64,000 bases of DNA from NCBI GenBank assembly GCA_934168365.1, contig CAKPNJ010000001.1, positions 20,967 to 84,966 on the forward strand, written 5' to 3'. A program made the translations under genes and the position numbers. Numbering within the stretch: position 1 is the stretch's first letter; every line of letters starts with the position of its first letter. The DNA is from an uncultured Clostridia bacterium. Lineage in GTDB: Bacteria; Bacillota; Clostridia; TANB77; CAG-508. The notes beneath the pieces are model-generated. The model ran no database searches, was not told the origin of the DNA, and saw nothing but the letters and a program-made list of their open reading frames with translations. Positions 63,972 through 64,000 of the stretch are shown one piece after another.

Positions 63972-64000
63972 TATTATTATATAACAAATATTTGACATTT

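Noticed and set aside
1-64000. Searched for rRNA, tRNA, CRISPR arrays, integrases, phage structural genes and recognisable defence genes (restriction-modification, Cas, Abi, CBASS-type cyclases, retron RT).
   Set aside because: None was found by motif inspection of ORFs or intergenic regions. The only nuclease-like accessory gene is the Rpn-family protein, and addB is housekeeping.

Overview
Low-GC (~27-28% by eye) Firmicutes chromosome, most likely a spore-forming Clostridium-type organism. Gene content and order (yaaL-bofA, yqfC-yqfD, ybeY-dgkA...era-yqzL-recO, splB, pdaA) support this. The window is almost fully coding and mostly housekeeping. Left to right it holds: a type IV pilus module (pilD fragment, two pilin-like genes, pilB, pilT, pilC); ROK glucokinase; RNase J; gltX; engB and serS; glmS with its ribozyme; uvrC; an rRNA methyltransferase and RluA pair; an agrBD plus AgrC/LytTR quorum-sensing locus; sporulation genes; an electron-bifurcating HydABC-type [FeFe]-hydrogenase; a cell-envelope/teichoic-acid-like cluster; pth, RNase G, plsC, dagK and trmB; an OmpR-type two-component system; ogg; and addB. 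No rRNA, tRNA, CRISPR array, integrase or prophage was seen.

Most unusual observations:
1. At 16.0-20.5 kb, a LysR regulator is fused in-frame to a MoaA-like radical SAM enzyme and translationally coupled to a CYTH (CyaB-like) protein. An oversized Gfo/Idh/MocA-like oxidoreductase and a Nudix hydrolase follow. This is a candidate nucleotide-modifying or signalling module, with no molybdopterin genes beside it in this window.
2. A family of long (about 125-165 nt) imperfect-palindrome intergenic elements lies after hydB, after hydA and after ogg.
3. A GC-rich 33-bp perfect inverted-repeat family has three copies in the window.
4. A candidate type I toxin-like 40-aa hydrophobic peptide lies just after addB, with a sequestered Shine-Dalgarno and flanking about 32-nt inverted repeats.
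5. Two independent +1 frameshifts (pdaA, plsC) occur at the same local sequence GCGGAG. A third frameshifted gene (a GNAT) breaks at an A-run.
6. An unknown helical protein ending in a canonical AT-hook occupies the slot where phoH/pgpH normally sit between yqfD and ybeY.

All calls come from reading the sequence and ORF translations. No database search was run.
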